Assembly: GCF_006345805.1 (NCBI RefSeq)
Contig: NW_021832127.1
Span: 1-64,000, forward strand
Length of the DNA stretch: 64,000 nt
Direction: 5' to 3'
Source: Octopus sinensis
Lineage: Eukaryota
The notes beneath the pieces are model-generated. The model was not told the origin of the DNA and searched no databases. It was given only the letters and a program-made list of their open reading frames with translations. Within the stretch, counting starts at the first letter, position 1, and every line of letters starts with the position of its first letter. Positions 25,284-39,376 of the stretch are shown piece by piece. A program made the translations under genes and the position numbers.

Positions 25284-26889
25284 TAAAAAGATTTAAGAAA
25301 AAATAATTAAAATGTTTTTTACTATTTGAACCAGTTGACTCATGAAGAATATCGCGGAGTGCATCTACCAACCCATTACAAGAATCAGTAGAACGAAGAC
25401 CTTCGGTTTAAATGGATCTCATCTTACCATTTACAGTGTTAGTGATCGAGTTGACACTTCCATCACATCTTTCCATTTCTGCTAATAACAATACAAGCGC
25501 TCGTTCTTTAAATGACAAATTTCTAAACAACACTATTTCATAAAATACTTTGGGATATTAATTTTTAACACAATCCGATGATCTCCCTTAATACCCTTAC
25601 CCCGTTGAGGAATTCCCTTTCCGTAAAGCCTAATCACAGTGTGTGAAGATGAACCAGGTGGAATCTACTTGACAAATAACGGAAATTAAAAAACCTTAAC
25701 GGTTTCAGTCTTGTACAAACCGCGAACAGTTACAACACCTCCCAGCATGGCCTGAGAGAGTGTAATAGGACATTCAGTTATAACATCCATATTATCTTGT
25801 TTGAAATAGTTGCTAGACGCAACCTACACAAATAAAACAAATATACATACCAAAAATTCAATATACAAGTCGGCTCCATCAACCGAAATTCGGGCAACTT
25901 CGCCGTTTTTTACAGCTAAAATTAATACTATTTATGAAATAAACCTTGAGGGACGTCAATTCGAATGTTCTTACTTATATTCGTATAACCACTTCCATTG
26001 CATGTGATACAAGGATCAGTATAAACATATCTCTTCCCATTGCATGCTGAACAGGAAAATCGTATGAAAAACGACGCAGTGTTGCTTGAATCCTCAAAAA
26101 TAAGTAACAATATAAAATGATACATATCCTGTTCCACCACAGCGTTGGCACTTTACAGGCTTACTGTTTTGTTTCACACCTGTTCCCCTGCATGAATAAC
26201 ATTTTACATTCAAATTAGCACTAATAGTCTTGTTCGAAACTCCACATGCTGCCTCTTCGAAGGACAGTGTTACCTTGGCCTGAAATAATTTAAAAATTCA
26301 AAAAACCCTCGACTCCGTTTTTGGAGAACCAAATCCTGAGCTGAATCCTTTATTTTCATCAAAACTCGAAGAATTAAAATTTTCTGTAAACATTCGGAAT
26401 ATGTCGAAAGGGTCGTTTCTCTGACCTAGAATATTTTTCTTTAAAATTTACTATTCTGTGAGGAATATGCTTTATAAGACGAAAATGGACTATCCCCAGA
26501 ATCTGTTCCATAAATATCATAATTTCTGCGTTTTTCGGAATCGCCTAAAACCTAAATAATTGATTATTATCGGCATCTTCTAATAAATAAAAGTCACAAA
26601 TTAAGTGTTTAAAAATTAACCTGATAAGCATCAGAAACATTTTTAAATTGCTCCGATGCATTTGGGTCACTGTTGGTATCGGGGTGATATTTTTTAGCGA
26701 GCTTTGAATATGAACTGTAATTATTGTACTTCAAAGTAAGCTTTCTTTATTTCTTTGTCACTTGCATTTTTCGAAACGTTCAATATTTTGTAATAATCTT
26801 TAGTTCTTGAAATAAATGTCGTGTGTATATTTCTTGTGCATAAATCTTAATGTTCATTATTTAAAAGTATTACAAAGTAGGCTTTGCAT
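25284..26889 (-). CDS. DNAJA3: Mitochondrial type I DnaJ (Tid1/DNAJA3-like)
   Basis: Presequence-like N-terminus (RNIHTT), J domain KDYYKILNV...YHPD, G/F region, CxxCxGxG repeats and a C-terminal domain ending [20 protein letters not shown]. Micro-introns. The 3' end is uncertain. Confidence 0.85.
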
Positions 26890-27099
26890 CCTATATTTCC
26901 TTATTATATCGATTTTATCTATGCACAATTTTGAAGAATAATTCATGAAAAATGCCTTTTAATATATTAATAATCATAACATACCCGCATCAAGTTATTT
27001 ATGTGTAGCACAGGAAACACGAGATTGAAAATAAATTTATTGTAGAATTTTTTGAATTTTATACAACAAATTAAACTAAAAAAATTCAGTTCCAGTTAA

Positions 27100-29760
27100 C
27101 ATGATTTCCTTTAATAGAAACATATATTTATGTGCTGCAAACAAGAGAGTTGTTAGCTAATGGCCTCACGAGACGCTCAGACAGCCTCGCGAATAGCAAA
27201 GTCATTCTTGATCGATATACATTCCAAGAGCCAAGATGACTCTTTGGAATCGTGTCTTATTCTTGATATTCGTCGACCGATGGAGCGAAGGAAGGGAGCG
27301 TCTTTAGGCCGAAGATCTTTAAAGACTCCAAAGCAATTGGGGTAAAAAGAAGTGAATTAGAGAGGTCCCCGTATTTGAGAATCTTACGATCCTCGGCCAG
27401 TCTCGAAGCGTTTTTAAGATTCGATAGCGGACAGGGCGAGACATGTCTAAGCAGGTGGAGTCGAAATAAGAGATTTCCCCTGTTTGTAAGGAAAGGTGGT
27501 CATGCCGTCTCCTCTATCCAGTTCAATCGGTTCGAGGATTGACGGGACGCCCGCGTAAGCGATGGCTCTCTGAATGATTGCGTTGAGTTCACTGTGGAGA
27601 GGGGCACGACCGGCATTCCGACGGCAAGAGAAAAAGTGCATTTCTCCCACGGTGGCATTTGTACGCCTGACAGATCTTCATCACGGAAAGAGATTGTGAT
27701 TCTTAAGCAATCGTTTTCCACCAGATTTCCGATGGAAGGAAGAAGGAGAGCCTTTAACCAAGCACCGCTGCTTTGGCAGCGACTTGAACGTAAGCAAGCG
27801 ATTCGGTGTTGATTGGAGACAGGGGCCTGGGCTTCGAAAGTCGCCTGAAAAGAGATCTCGTCCCACTGCCGCTGAATAGATAGAGAATTGGCCAGCCTCG
27901 GACCAAACCGGGCTTCCCACCTACCACAAGCAGTCGAGTAATTTTCAATTTCCGTTCGGGGAGGTTCCTGAGAACGATGTCTGAAAGAGGACAAAAGCAG
28001 AGTGAAAGGATAGGAATGCCGAGGGCCAGATCGGAATAAGATCTAATGCCAAGGCCGCTCCAGCGCACAGGTAAAGATTGCAAAATGAGCTCGTACCTGA
28101 GGATATTGTCAAGGTCCAAAAGAAGGTCACCCCTGTAAAAACAGGGTGCATATCTCAACGTGTAAAGGATCTTGGGGGTAAAAAGGTAGTTTCAGAAAAG
28201 AAAAGGAGCCACATGAGGCTCGATGTCTTTGAGCTTCTTAACGACTTTGGATAGATTTGGGATTTTTCTAGACAGTGAGCCTTCAAGGGCAGAAAGACCC
28301 ATGGAAGCACCGAAAATCGTCAGATTCGGTTTGACTGTAATTCGAACGTCGGAAAGAATACTTCGGCATGTGGAGGTTGCGGCACTAAACAGAGTTGGAT
28401 TTAGATGAATGTTCCCAATTTGGAAATTGTCCGTATTTATAGATAGGCTGATGTCCGAAAGGGAAGGGAGAATAGTGCGGAGGTCGTCGAAAACGACATC
28501 GGGAAGACCACAAATAGCTGCGTCACCCAGGTACCAAATGTTAATAGGAGATCAGACAGAGTGGGCAATATTATTAACGCTCAGAGCAAAAAGCTCAGGT
28601 CCTATGGGATCACCCTGCTGGACCCCGGGAGACGAAGAGACAGACACGTCGTCGAACATAAAAATGCTTGGGAAAGCATATGAGAGATGCAAAAAAAACC
28701 ACTTCGTGGCAGCGCTCCAGCAGGTGGAATTGAATGCGTTCTAAACGTCGAGTTTAACCATGATTAACTCCTAAAACGATTCCAATAATTCACAAATCGA
28801 ATGAACAGCCAGCGGTGATGGGGAAGTCAAATCTTTTGGATGACCGGGCCTTAGGCAAACTCCACCACTGCTTCCTAGAGAAAAGTTCCTCAGGGCTTTC
28901 AACAGCAAGTGTGGCAGGGGACGGCTGAGGTCTAAAGTCGAGGTGCTGAGAGGGATGTTTCTCCCTGACAGAATTCAAAACGGCTGGTTTCGGGAATAAA
29001 ATGAAACTCGTTGAGGCGACAAGCCTGACAGCTCCACGAACAATGAGTTTGCTGTTTATCTTTCTGTCTGAGTAGTCGTCATCATTCGCAAAAAGGGGCG
29101 CGTTATAGGAGGTTGGACCAGAGGGAGTCTCTGAATTAACGAGATAGGCATTCAACAGCACTCGTCGTACAAGGGCAATTCTTGTTTGACGATCGTAGCA
29201 AGTGAGGGGGAAGAAGTTTTATTACAGATTCTGGATGGGACTAAAGAAACAAAGCAGAACACCTTAAGCCAATCGGATTGCCATCGGAAGGCAAAACATC
29301 ATCAATTACAGTGGAAAAAAAGAAGCTGCTAGGATGCGAACAGCTTTACGGATTCTTGACGGAATTTGCCGGAGACGGAGGAGGAGTTTGGTGGATTTGA
29401 GAACGAAAAAGATAGAATGAGTCCAGAAATGGACTCTGAGAACGGGAAGGAATCTTGTGCTGAAGAGGATGCGGAAGAGTATACCCATTGAACACAAACA
29501 CAGGATCTCCTTTCCTTCTTCCACCCCTTCTCTGGCACTTTCGACCTTCGAGAAGGTGCAGTCCAGCGCCTCTCGCTGACTAAATATCAGGAAAAGGTTG
29601 GATTGGCGAGTATGAAACAAGACACTCTCCAGAATCCTCCTAAGAACAGTTGACTGCATATAAGCCTGTAGAGACTTATCTACACCCATCTGTCTTAAGT
29701 ACCGCTTTCTGGACCGCCTCAGGCCATACTTATTGCAGAGAAGAAGATGGGGGACCTCAC
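27100..29760 (-). mobile_element. CRE-clade LINE, degraded
   Basis: KLDV*NAFNS, QQGDPIG, WYLGDA, GAWLKAL, LDRGDG and IAVETSG. Many frameshifts and deletions. Confidence 0.85.
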
Positions 29761-30315
29761 CACCTCGTTGTGACACGCCTCAACTCGTTGAGGTCCCATT
29801 TGGGAGCTCGTTTCCGACGAAGTAAAGTACGCACCAAGAAGGGAGTCTTTCCCTTGAAACCATTGCTCACATTCGGAATGTGCCCAGTCAGCGCTTCCAG
29901 CTCGGCCTTTCTTGCGGCTATCTTAGCGGCAATGTTCTCCTCGGGGCAGGCCTCTGGGTGATTTCAATCATAGGATAACTCGCTACTCTAGTGCTCGTGT
30001 TGTTCAGGACACGGGGGCATCCTGACGGCGTAACCGCAGCGGCAGTCCTCCCCCGCGAGCCAGGAGGAGGGGTCTAGGCCAGCTTCTTCAGTGCATCTAA
30101 CGATAGGTTCGAGCTAAAGCGTCGATTGAAGCACTCAAACAGGGTAGGCCACCCATTTCTGGGCATCCTGGAAGCTCTTCCCAACACTTGGGAAAGGGCG
30201 GATTTAACCCAGTCCTCCCAGGTCGTGCACTCAATCCCTTCTGCAATGGCAAGGACGATATTCTTGCTATCGGACGTCTGCCTCTTCGATGCGGTTGTCC
30301 ATCCTTCTCTAGCTA
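29760..30315 (-). mobile_element. Possible LINE ORF1 (gag-like) relic
   Basis: GC-rich segment with a weak Cys/His motif (NHPEACP). Confidence 0.25.
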
Positions 30316-30431
30316 TACAGTATAACCTCCATTTGGGGCATCAATTTTGAAAAATTGCCCCAAAAATAGAGGTTTCCCCAAAAATGGAGGTCTGAAATTT
30401 TCTTTATTTTTATAAAAATTTTAATAGTTTT

Positions 30432-30540
30432 AGCCTCGGGAGAAGCAATGGTTGTTCCAAAGAATATCCATTGCGATCCTGAGGGGCAACGTCTTCTCGA
30501 TCATCAGCAGCTTAAGATTATGATAATCATTTTCACTCAA
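30432..30540 (+). mobile_element. Ultra-short CRE 3' tail inside Tigger
   Basis: Reads PREKQWLFQRISIAILRGNVFSIISSLRL*. Confidence 0.75.
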
Positions 30541-30925
30541 TTTAAAATAAACAAAAATTTTTTTATGTTTTAGCATATTTTTCATTAATTTATAAATAAA
30601 TAAAGTATTTTTAAGAACATTTAAACATGTTTTCCACTAATTTTATTGATAATTAGAGTATTTTTCAAGTAGAAAAAAATTTTTATTCTATTATACACGA
30701 AAATAATCTGTTATTTTGTTTCCTGTTGCAGATTTCTTCATATGTATGCCCAATATTTTTCTGAAATTGTAATAGTCTTTTAACGCATCGGGAAACAAAC
30801 GGTGAATATTCTCTTCAAGGTTATTCATTGCTGTTATCGTGTCCAAGTGTGAACAGTTGCATTCAGTTTGGTCATATATTGACTCATCATTATTTTCTTC
30901 TTCATTTTCAGCAATTACGTCTGCA

Positions 30926-32130
30926 ATTATTATTATTATTATTATTATTTAAGCCAAAAACAGAATCACCGTCTTAACCATTAACTAACGTGATCAGGTG
31001 ATTCCGACACTTCTCAACAGTCTAGCCATCTTTTCACGATGTCCAGACCGTGACCCCACACACTTTCTGTATGTACGGTGAAATGCTTGTGGTCCATCTC
31101 CACGATCCCTCCCACTTGCCTCTACAAGAGACTCCAGTGTTCGATGGACAATTTTCATGTCGGTATGGTCCTTCAGTATGTTTATGGATTTTTCTTGGAT
31201 TTTCTCGATTTTTAGTTGGTTCGTTGCCGCCAGGTTACAGCCCCAAGCAGCACATGCATAGCCTATTGTTGGCTCGATATACTGCTTGTAAAGGGTCTCT
31301 ACCCCTGGCGGACAAGTTCTCCCACAGTTCGAAAGAAAGGCTTTCACAAGATTGATTTTCTTTATACAAGTTGACACGATCGATTCAACATGAGGTGAGA
31401 AACAGAGGAAAGTGTCAAACGTTACACCCAATATCTTCTGTGTTTTCTTTTGTGGTATTGGGACTCCATTCAGCGTGACTTCAATAGTTTTCGTCCCCAT
31501 CTTCCTGTTTTTCGTGAATAGGGTGACTGCTGACTTTTCGGAACATGCATGTAGTCTGTTTTCATATAGCCATCCATATAATTCGTCCAGTATTCTTTGT
31601 AGTCTTTCCTTCGCGTATTCGACATTTACATCCCTTGATGCGACAACTATGTCATCGGCATAGGAGAGTAGTATGTCATTATTATCCATAGGAACCGGGA
31701 GATCATTCAGAAACAAGTTGAAGAGGGTCGGGGATAAAGGAGAACCCTGGGGTACACCATTGGGCAAAAAGCGTGATCTTGAACTCTCGTTCCCGACGCA
31801 CACTTTCCCACGACGTCCGCTCAAAAAATTCGCTATCCATAGCTTCATAGGTGTAGAAATATTTGTACCAAATATCTTTTGAATTAGGATCTTCCTTGGG
31901 ACGGAGTCAAACGCTTTTTGAATGTCGATAGTGCATACAATTGATTTCTCCTGCAATTTCTTCTTTTTGTGTCCTTCATTTATGAAATCTGTTAGTGTGG
32001 TGAGGAAGGAGGTCGTTGACAATCCTTCCTTGAATCCATGTTGAAATGTGGATTGTGGGAGGAAAGGGCGAATATGTTTTAGGACCAGTTTTTCTAAGAT
32101 TCTTGACAGCACACATATAAGGGATATTGG
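30926..32130 (-). mobile_element. Jockey/I-like LINE, 5' truncated, intact RT core ending ...RSVGIT*, (AAT)n tail
   Basis: PISL, QHGFKEG, IDIQKAFDSV, GVPQGSPLSP, YADD and ILGVTFD. It interrupts the Tigger transposase frame. Confidence 0.9.
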
Positions 32131-33671
32131 TGTCCAAATTTTCTTTCTCACTGTTAACTAAAAAATTTGAACTAGGAATCTGTTGCCGACAGTTATTAAT
32201 TGTTTCCCAACAATTCGTTATTGTTTCAGGATTTAAATTTTGCCATGTTTTTCCAACAATTATTATGACATGACGAAGATTTATTTTTTTTAAATTAACA
32301 ATTTGTAACTCAACGTCCTCAAAATAAAGAGTAAAATCCAATAAAGCGTTAAGATAATTGGACTTGAAAGATTTAATAATACCCATGTCTAACGGTTGAA
32401 TTAATGAGGTTGTATTTTTTGGGAGAAAAAACAATTCAATGTTGGAAAGATGGATATATTTGTGACAGCTTGCGTTATCAAGTAACAAAACAATTTTTCT
32501 CTTTTGCGTAATCATTTGTTCATTTGTAATGGTGAGCCATGTAATAAATATTTCTGATGTCATCCAACTGTTTTTAGATGATGAATATGAAACTCCATGT
32601 TCTTCAGGGTTAAAGTTTTTCATACAACGTGGGGATTTATATTTTCCTACTAACAATGGCTTCAATTTTTCGCCACAAGCACTGACCGACAAAAGAATAG
32701 TGAATTTTTCTTTACTCCTTTTAATTCCGAAACAATCTTCATCCGAACTTACAAATGATTTTGAAGGTATCCTTTTAATATATAACCCAGTTTCGTCGCA
32801 ATTAAAAATATTTTGAAGACCATATTCTTTTACGTATTCATCATACTTGGAAAAAAACATATCAAGCGAAGAAACATCGGAAGAGTTTTTCTCTCCACTA
32901 ATTGTCTTAAATGACAACATATGTCTTTTCTTAAATTTTTCCAACCAGCCATTGGACCCTTTGAACGCCGAATAATTCAACATCCTTGCTACTTTGGAAG
33001 CAATATTTTTTAAAAGAGGACCGGACACAGGAATAAATTCTTCCCTTGTCTTGGTGAAAGCCTCAAAAACAATTTTATCCAATTTTTGGGATAAAGTATG
33101 AGGAGAGCGTTGAATATTTCTGGGAAAATCTGTTTGAACAGCCCCAGTATTAAAAAAATTGAGATAATTTTTTTTAATACGTGACACAGCGCCTAAAAAC
33201 TTACATTAATAAAAAACCTTTACTAATTTTGTACTTATCTACAATATCTCGTTCAGTAAGATGTTTATTTTCACTTAATTCCTTGGCAATTTTGATCTTT
33301 AACTCAAGACTAAGCTTACGAGCCATAACAACAAGAATACAAAAATTACACGAGGCTTCCAAATGAAATTTTATATAATTAATTTTAATTTTAATAGCAA
33401 ATATGTATATAAATTAAAAATCCTGTGCCCCACTTAGAGGTTCCGGTAATTTCTAAATTTGGAAATTACCGCATAAAAATTATATCCTTTTCAAACTACC
33501 CCAAAAATAGAGGTTTCCCCAAAAATAGAGGTTCCCCAAGCCAGAGGTCTGCCCCAAATGGAGGTTATACTGTATTATTAATAATAATATTGTTAGTTTG
33601 TTCTTGTCCAGGTAGAGCACACATCGAGATATTAGCACGTTGCATAACAGACTATATTGAGGAATGTATTA

Positions 33672-35083
33672 TGTCGCGCCCCACGCTGGCGACCATACCA
33701 CGCCGGCGACCAAGGTGACCTACATAGTTGACAGCGTGACCTACATTGTTTGACATTCAATTAAAAACGAAAATAATTTATTATAAAAAGGGTTTAGCGG
33801 AATTTTAATTAGAAAAATGGTATCTTCCAAAAGATGTTGTATTAGTATAGTCTCAATCCTTAGGTTACGTGAAAAATGACAGTGAATACCAAAATATTGT
33901 AAATGCACTACTCCAAATACCCGTACAAACTACATCCAAATTCGAAAAATACAATGTTAATAAAAAAGTGAATCAATTTATGATAATTGATGATCGGTAT
34001 ATTTGATATTCCTAATTCATAGTCTTTAATTAAAGGACGATAATAATCAAAAACACAAATTGGTTATCTGTTTCGACAATGAAATGGAGATGAAGACACT
34101 GGCATTCACTATTCACCAAGAATGCCACTGGGGAATACTAAAGCTTCATAAGAAGTGCTGTGAATTTTATTTTACTGTGAAACGCCCTATTATCAAACAA
34201 ATTATAAAAGAATGCGAAATTTGTAAATTTGCTGCGCCGTTAAAAGTATTTTTCATTAAATTTAACACTGTGATTCATGAAATACTAGGTTATAATCTTA
34301 TTTATAATTTAGATGAAAATATTGAGGCATCGTTTGTCCAAGATGAACTCAATAGTATTATTATTATTATTTTAACCCAAGAATCACCAACAGTTAATTA
34401 GGGTAATTAATTAGGTGATTCCAACAATCCTCAAAATCTTTCTCAGCTTTTCCCGATGTTGGACTCTGGACCCAACGCAAGTGCAGGACGGGCGGGGAGC
34501 AGTTTTTGTGAGGAATTGGATCGGGGTGATGTGCTTCTGATTGTTGAAGTCTTTTGGCAGGTGGTCTTGTTGGATGGCTAAGAAACCCTTTCCATCTTTC
34601 TTAATAAGTAAATTTACGATGCATTTATTTTTAGAAACGAATAATAAAATTTTTAATTTCACTCCTCCAGACATGAATTCATCTTATTTTAAAAGAATGA
34701 ATAAAAAGATGGGAGTACACAGGTCAAAATATGATTTTGAAATAGGGAATGAGGTATAATTGAATAATAACAGTTTAGATTCGAATCTTAAAAGATTGTG
34801 GGATGAATCCGTCATTGAATCCCCATATGAAGAAAAGGGAAAAGTAAAAAATATAATGTCTAATAAAAGATTAATGGTTAGTTGTCTTTCCAAACATTTA
34901 GATTGAATTACGAAATGAAACCAAGATAGTTACTATGAATAGAGTTAAAAAATGTTAAGGTTTTTGAATATTTTGCAATTATCTTGAGTCAGTAATTAGT
35001 GTCAAACTATATGGGTCACCCTGTCAACTATGTAGGTCACCTTGGTCGCCAGCGTGGTATGGTCGCCAGCGTAGTTCGCGACA
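33672..35083 (+). mobile_element. Ginger-like DNA transposon, internally deleted
   Basis: ~80-bp TIRs starting TGTCGCG and 5-bp TSD TATTA. Integrase HHCC zinc motif (IHQECHWG...IKECEIC) after a 26-nt intron. C-terminal YDFEIGNEV. Confidence 0.8.
34360..34620 (-). mobile_element. 3' tail of a GIT-ending LINE family inside Ginger
   Basis: CVGSRVQHREKLRKILRIVGIT*, AATCACC...GGTGATT hairpin and (AAT)n tail. Confidence 0.8.
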
Positions 35084-35442
35084 TATTATAATATTCACAT
35101 AATGTGCAACTATGAGTTTTCAATCTAAAATTATATAATGGATTCCAACTTTCTAAACATTTTAATTTAATGTTTATTTAAGAGTAACATATGAAGAACA
35201 TTATTCCGTACTTAGTCATTTTTATAGTTCTACTTTCCTGTTCGACTAGCCATTGACAAAATAAATGACTTAACACTGCTAGTTGATTTCTACACAGATG
35301 ACTGAGTGCCATAATGATTAAACTATTATTGATGTTATTATTGATGATTTAACGTTATTTCTATCAAGATTTATTTTTAATTATAATTAAATTTTAAGCT
35401 ATAAAAAGTTCCTATGCCAATCAATTTATAGTTTTTATTGCA

Positions 35443-36549
35443 ATGGAATTAATTCAGCCATCTTGTTTATTCAATTTATTAAATCAAAAAAGTACATTTC
35501 CTTGGTTGAGCAATAAAAATTATTTAGTATTGTATGGTAAGTTCATTTATGTTTAATATTAGATGTACGCACTAAAGAAAGCTATTATCGAAATCACATT
35601 AAATCTGCCAAATTAGCTAAAAAAGTAATCTTTCTATGAAAAACTATAGGTAAAATTCAACAACGCACAAATAAATGTGCTCAATTATAAAGAAGATTTG
35701 AATTGTAAAATTCATGTAATAATATATGATAATAATTCCGAAAAATTTTCAGATACATGTTTGAAACGCATTAATTAACTTTTAGCTGCTGCTACCCAAT
35801 TTGCGCAAGTCTGTTTGAAAGCCGGTACCTTGAACAAAGTTAAAATTTTATTTGGTTGAATGTTTTTAATTGATAGAAACAAAATTATAGGCGGATATGA
35901 GCTTTTCTCCCGACTTTACCCTTATTTAAGAAGTCAAAAAACTATATGGATTCCAAAGGTCTTAAACAACAATTGTTTTTTACATAATATACACTGATAA
36001 ATCTGATTTAGCAGGAATTAGAATATATAAATACGTTTCCGTTTGAAATCATTTACAAAAAATTATATGTTGGAACAAAATTTCATACTTCTAATTCTTT
36101 AATTAAAAAACAAATGAATATCAACATATTTATAGAAATTTCAGATAAATCTCATCTACCTTGGTATATAAACTATTAATATAATTTATTACATTTTAGT
36201 GAAAATTTGTCAAACGACAAAATAATGTTATCAGTGTCCTCATCAGAAGAGTTTCTACTTAATTTGAAAAATGCGGTACTTAAAATCTGTTAAGATTTAA
36301 TTATTTTTATTCATAGATCGGGCTATAAAAGAATTTAAAACAGTTTTGGTATATTCTTCAAATGAAAAAAACGTTCATCTAGTTTATTCGGTCATTATTG
36401 GATATTTAATTTTGATTGATAATCTTAACTACAAGGTGATAATCTGAAATAAATTTTTAACTGTATATTTTTAGGAGGCATATGGAATTCTTATTAACAA
36501 AATTGAAAATTTTAGATTATCCGAAGAAAACATCAAAAAACTTAATTAA
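35443..36549 (+). CDS. STYXL1: STYXL1/MK-STYX-like pseudophosphatase (rhodanese + inactive DUSP domain)
   Basis: After splicing: MELIQPSCLFNLLNQ...NYLVLYDVRTKESY..NHI, GGYELFSRLYPYLRSQKTIWIPK, QELEYINTFPFEII..KLYVG and VLVYSS (no catalytic Cys). This follows the STYXL1 layout as recalled. Confidence 0.8.
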
Positions 36550-37109
36550 CTTTATTGGGATTTTTTCGTTGGATTTGTTTCAGTTATTTTTATAAGTTTT
36601 AAGAAATTTATATACGTAGCGTTATTGTTGATAGGAGACTCCATTCAAATAATTCATTATTCTCGTTTACTCTCAATTCGTAAAAGCATGCATTAAATTA
36701 ATTTTCCACGCGCACAAACGTTCAATCACCATACTGATTTGCAGCTTTATACTCTTCTAAATTAATTTTTAAGGAAATACGATCTTTGAAAAATATTCAA
36801 TGATCCTGAAATCCGGCAAATAGGTTCATCATTTCTGATGATTCCCATAATATTTTTTAAATAACTTCCTTTTTTTTAACCTGGAAATACACAAATTGAA
36901 TTCTGAATTTTGATAACTGAATAGCGTTGAACTTAAAAGAAAAAGACTATAACATTTTAGAGTGATGTTGAACTTGAAAAAAACCTGGAACCATTTTGAA
37001 AAAACGGTTAAAAAATATTAAAAAATCTGCATCTAAAACATATTTATAATTTTAGATTCTTCATATAAGACAGTTTTAACTATAGTATTTATAGATTAAT
37101 TTTAAATAT

Positions 37110-37825
37110 TTCAAATTGCGTGCAATCTCGGGACTTTTTTGGACGACGATTCTTTGAGGATTGGAATCGGACAAAGACTTGGACTAGACGTTTGCCAGGA
37201 GCACCGATGCCGCTGCGGGAAAACGGTCGATGCGAAGGGATTGCACCCGCTATCCTGCAGGAGATCCGCCGGAAGAGGACCACGTCACGCCGCTCTGAAC
37301 GACGTGATCGTCAGAGCTCTGAAGGCTGCAGGCTTCCCAGCACAGCTTGAACCAGTGGGTCTCGATCGAGGTGATGGAAAGAGACCTGACGGGATGACTC
37401 TTTTCCCTTTCAACTCCGGACGATCTTTGGTCTGGGACGCAACTTGCGTCGATACTTACTCAAGCACGAATCTCCTTAAATCGGTTCAGACACCTGGAGC
37501 AGCTGCCTCAATCGCGGAAAACCTTAAAACCAAAAAATATTCCTTCCTCGGGGACCGCTACAGATTCACCCCTGTTGCGGCTGAGTCATCAGGAGCTGTT
37601 GGCCCAGCGACTGCCGAGTTCTTGCGCGAACTCGGAAGAATGCTCGCCACAAAGAAAAATGATCCTCGTGAAGGAGTATGGCTAAGACAAAGGATCGGAA
37701 TAGCCATACTCCGAGGGAACTCGCTTTCCATACAGGCAGCGGGCTTCCTCAATTGATTTCTCAAATCAATCTCTTCTCTGAATTTATTAACTGACTATAT
37801 TAAATTTTTTCTTTAAAAAAAAAAA
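37110..37825 (+). mobile_element. CRE-clade LINE 3' fragment (RLE domain) with A-tail
   Basis: HRCRCG..VDAKGLHPLSC, RGDGKRPDG, LVWDATCVDT and RIGIAILRGN. Confidence 0.9.
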
Positions 37826-38085
37826 TATTTCAAATATTAAAATTATATGGCTCTAAATTTTCTCGGGTTGCATTTTATCGTCGTTACGTAAACAAAAGTA
37901 TTTTTGTAAGAACTTATAAAGTGTATAAGGAAATTAATTTTTAAATAGAAATTAGCAGATTCAAAAAACAATGGATTCGGTGAGTTTTATGCTACATTGA
38001 TAAAATAAAATTGCACATTTATTAATAACTTTGTAATAATAATTCCGATTATATTAAGTCTATTAAAGAGGAACAGGAAATAAGA

Positions 38086-38744
38086 TTAATCAATTTCTTT
38101 ATCCATAAATTTTTTCCTCGAAAATGCGATCCAGTGCTAATACAGATTAACAAAAACTTCCAACCTTTGAGGGTTCGCTTGGTCCATTTTTATAAATAAT
38201 ATCCACAAGTCTTTGCCCTATTTCAATTCTCATCTGCATAATATAATCCCGAAGATCTACTCATATGATAATAAACATTTAATCAGGTCTACCTTGTTTT
38301 TCTGAACTACTTGGAGCTTTATAGACAGAGTTAAGAGGAAACTTCGAATCGCCAGGAATAGAAAATGTTTGAACAGCTTTAGCATTGAGCTGTTTAACTG
38401 CGCTCGATTTTTCTTTCTGTTTGGCGATTATTTTAATGCATTCTGAAACGTAGAGGATACCATAAATGAATGTTCTATCCGAGTGAGACTCAATTTCGTA
38501 TAATTTATGTAAAACGTTGGGTCGAAAATAGGAAATTACTACGTCTACAATATCCTCTGTTTCTTTATTGCCTGTTAAATTTATTTTTAATTAAATTAAT
38601 TAACTTATTATTGGGGCTGGTCCTCTCGCGTTGGTTTTTAAGGGCATAATGGCAAAATCGCCAATTGATCTTCCATCATGTTTAATTGGGCAGTTAAAAG
38701 CCTAATTTAGTAAACTTAGAGACCATTAAATAGAATACTGGCAT
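38086..38744 (-). CDS. ARPC3: Arp2/3 complex subunit 3 (p21)
   Basis: MP-AF...IGDFAIMPLK..RGPAP, DIVD..SYFRPNVL..YEI..DRTFIY..YVSECIK, FSIPGDSKFPLN and SK-HWIAFSRKKFMDKEID*. Micro-introns. Confidence 0.93.
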
Positions 38745-38999
38745 TTGTAGAAGTGTCTAAAAATATTATAGTAATTAGCACAACCAGAAGTGAAAAATAC
38801 TAATTCCAATTATTAAGTTTATTTTAAATTTTATTATTTTTAATTATAATAAAAATATTTTGAAAATATTTAATTCAACTTTATATTTCTATATATTCCT
38901 AATTTTTATATGGAATTTTTATCAATCAAACTATCTTTTTTAGATAAATAATTAGTTTCAATTGAAAAAAATCAAACTATCAAATTCAACGAGCTAGGT

Positions 39000-39376
39000 T
39001 CCAGCAGGCAGAGATTAGTTTCATCTAAGAATGGTCAAAGATATCTTTTGAAACAGCTAAAAGGTTTCCGCTCATAATTTATCATGAAGTTTTCATTAAA
39101 TTTTGAAGCGTGTAGATAAAAACATTTTAACTTAAAAACACGGACGAAGCAGGATGTTTGGTTCGGAAACAGCATAATGTCCAGGAGATTACTTAGGATG
39201 CTGCCTTTAGCATAAAACTGCAAGTTCTGAAAGCCATGGCTGATGCTGTAGATCACTCTGACAAAGCAGAGTGGGCCAACGAGGTTGTCAGACTTTCTCG
39301 CCAGAGCTTTAATCGGATTCCTTGGAATAGATGGCCCACTATAACGGATACTTTCAATGAAAGTTTGTGACCTCAA
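39000..39376 (-). pseudogene. Possible Penelope-like RT relic
   Basis: Weak matches: SIPRN, ILSNLLDIML and FM..YERKP...FKRYLD. Confidence 0.3.

Larger units (their letters stand above)
30318..33572 (-). mobile_element. Tigger/pogo DNA transposon with nested LINE insertions
   Basis: 23-bp TIR CAGTATAACCTCCATTTGGGGCA at both ends with TA TSD. Transposase runs from ATG 33326 through HTH-psq, a 25-nt intron, CENP-B HTH (SNGWLEKFKKRH) and DDE_1 (IFNCDETGL, LLLDNASCH, QPLDMGII). The C-terminus ...KITDYFRV* resumes after the LINE, ending ~30690. Confidence 0.93.

Noticed and set aside
30430-30510. Long hairpin plus CTGATGA on the minus strand (hammerhead- or snoRNA-like)
   Set aside because: No GAAA core or box D is placed correctly. 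The plus strand encodes the CRE C-terminus PREKQWLFQRISIAILRGN.
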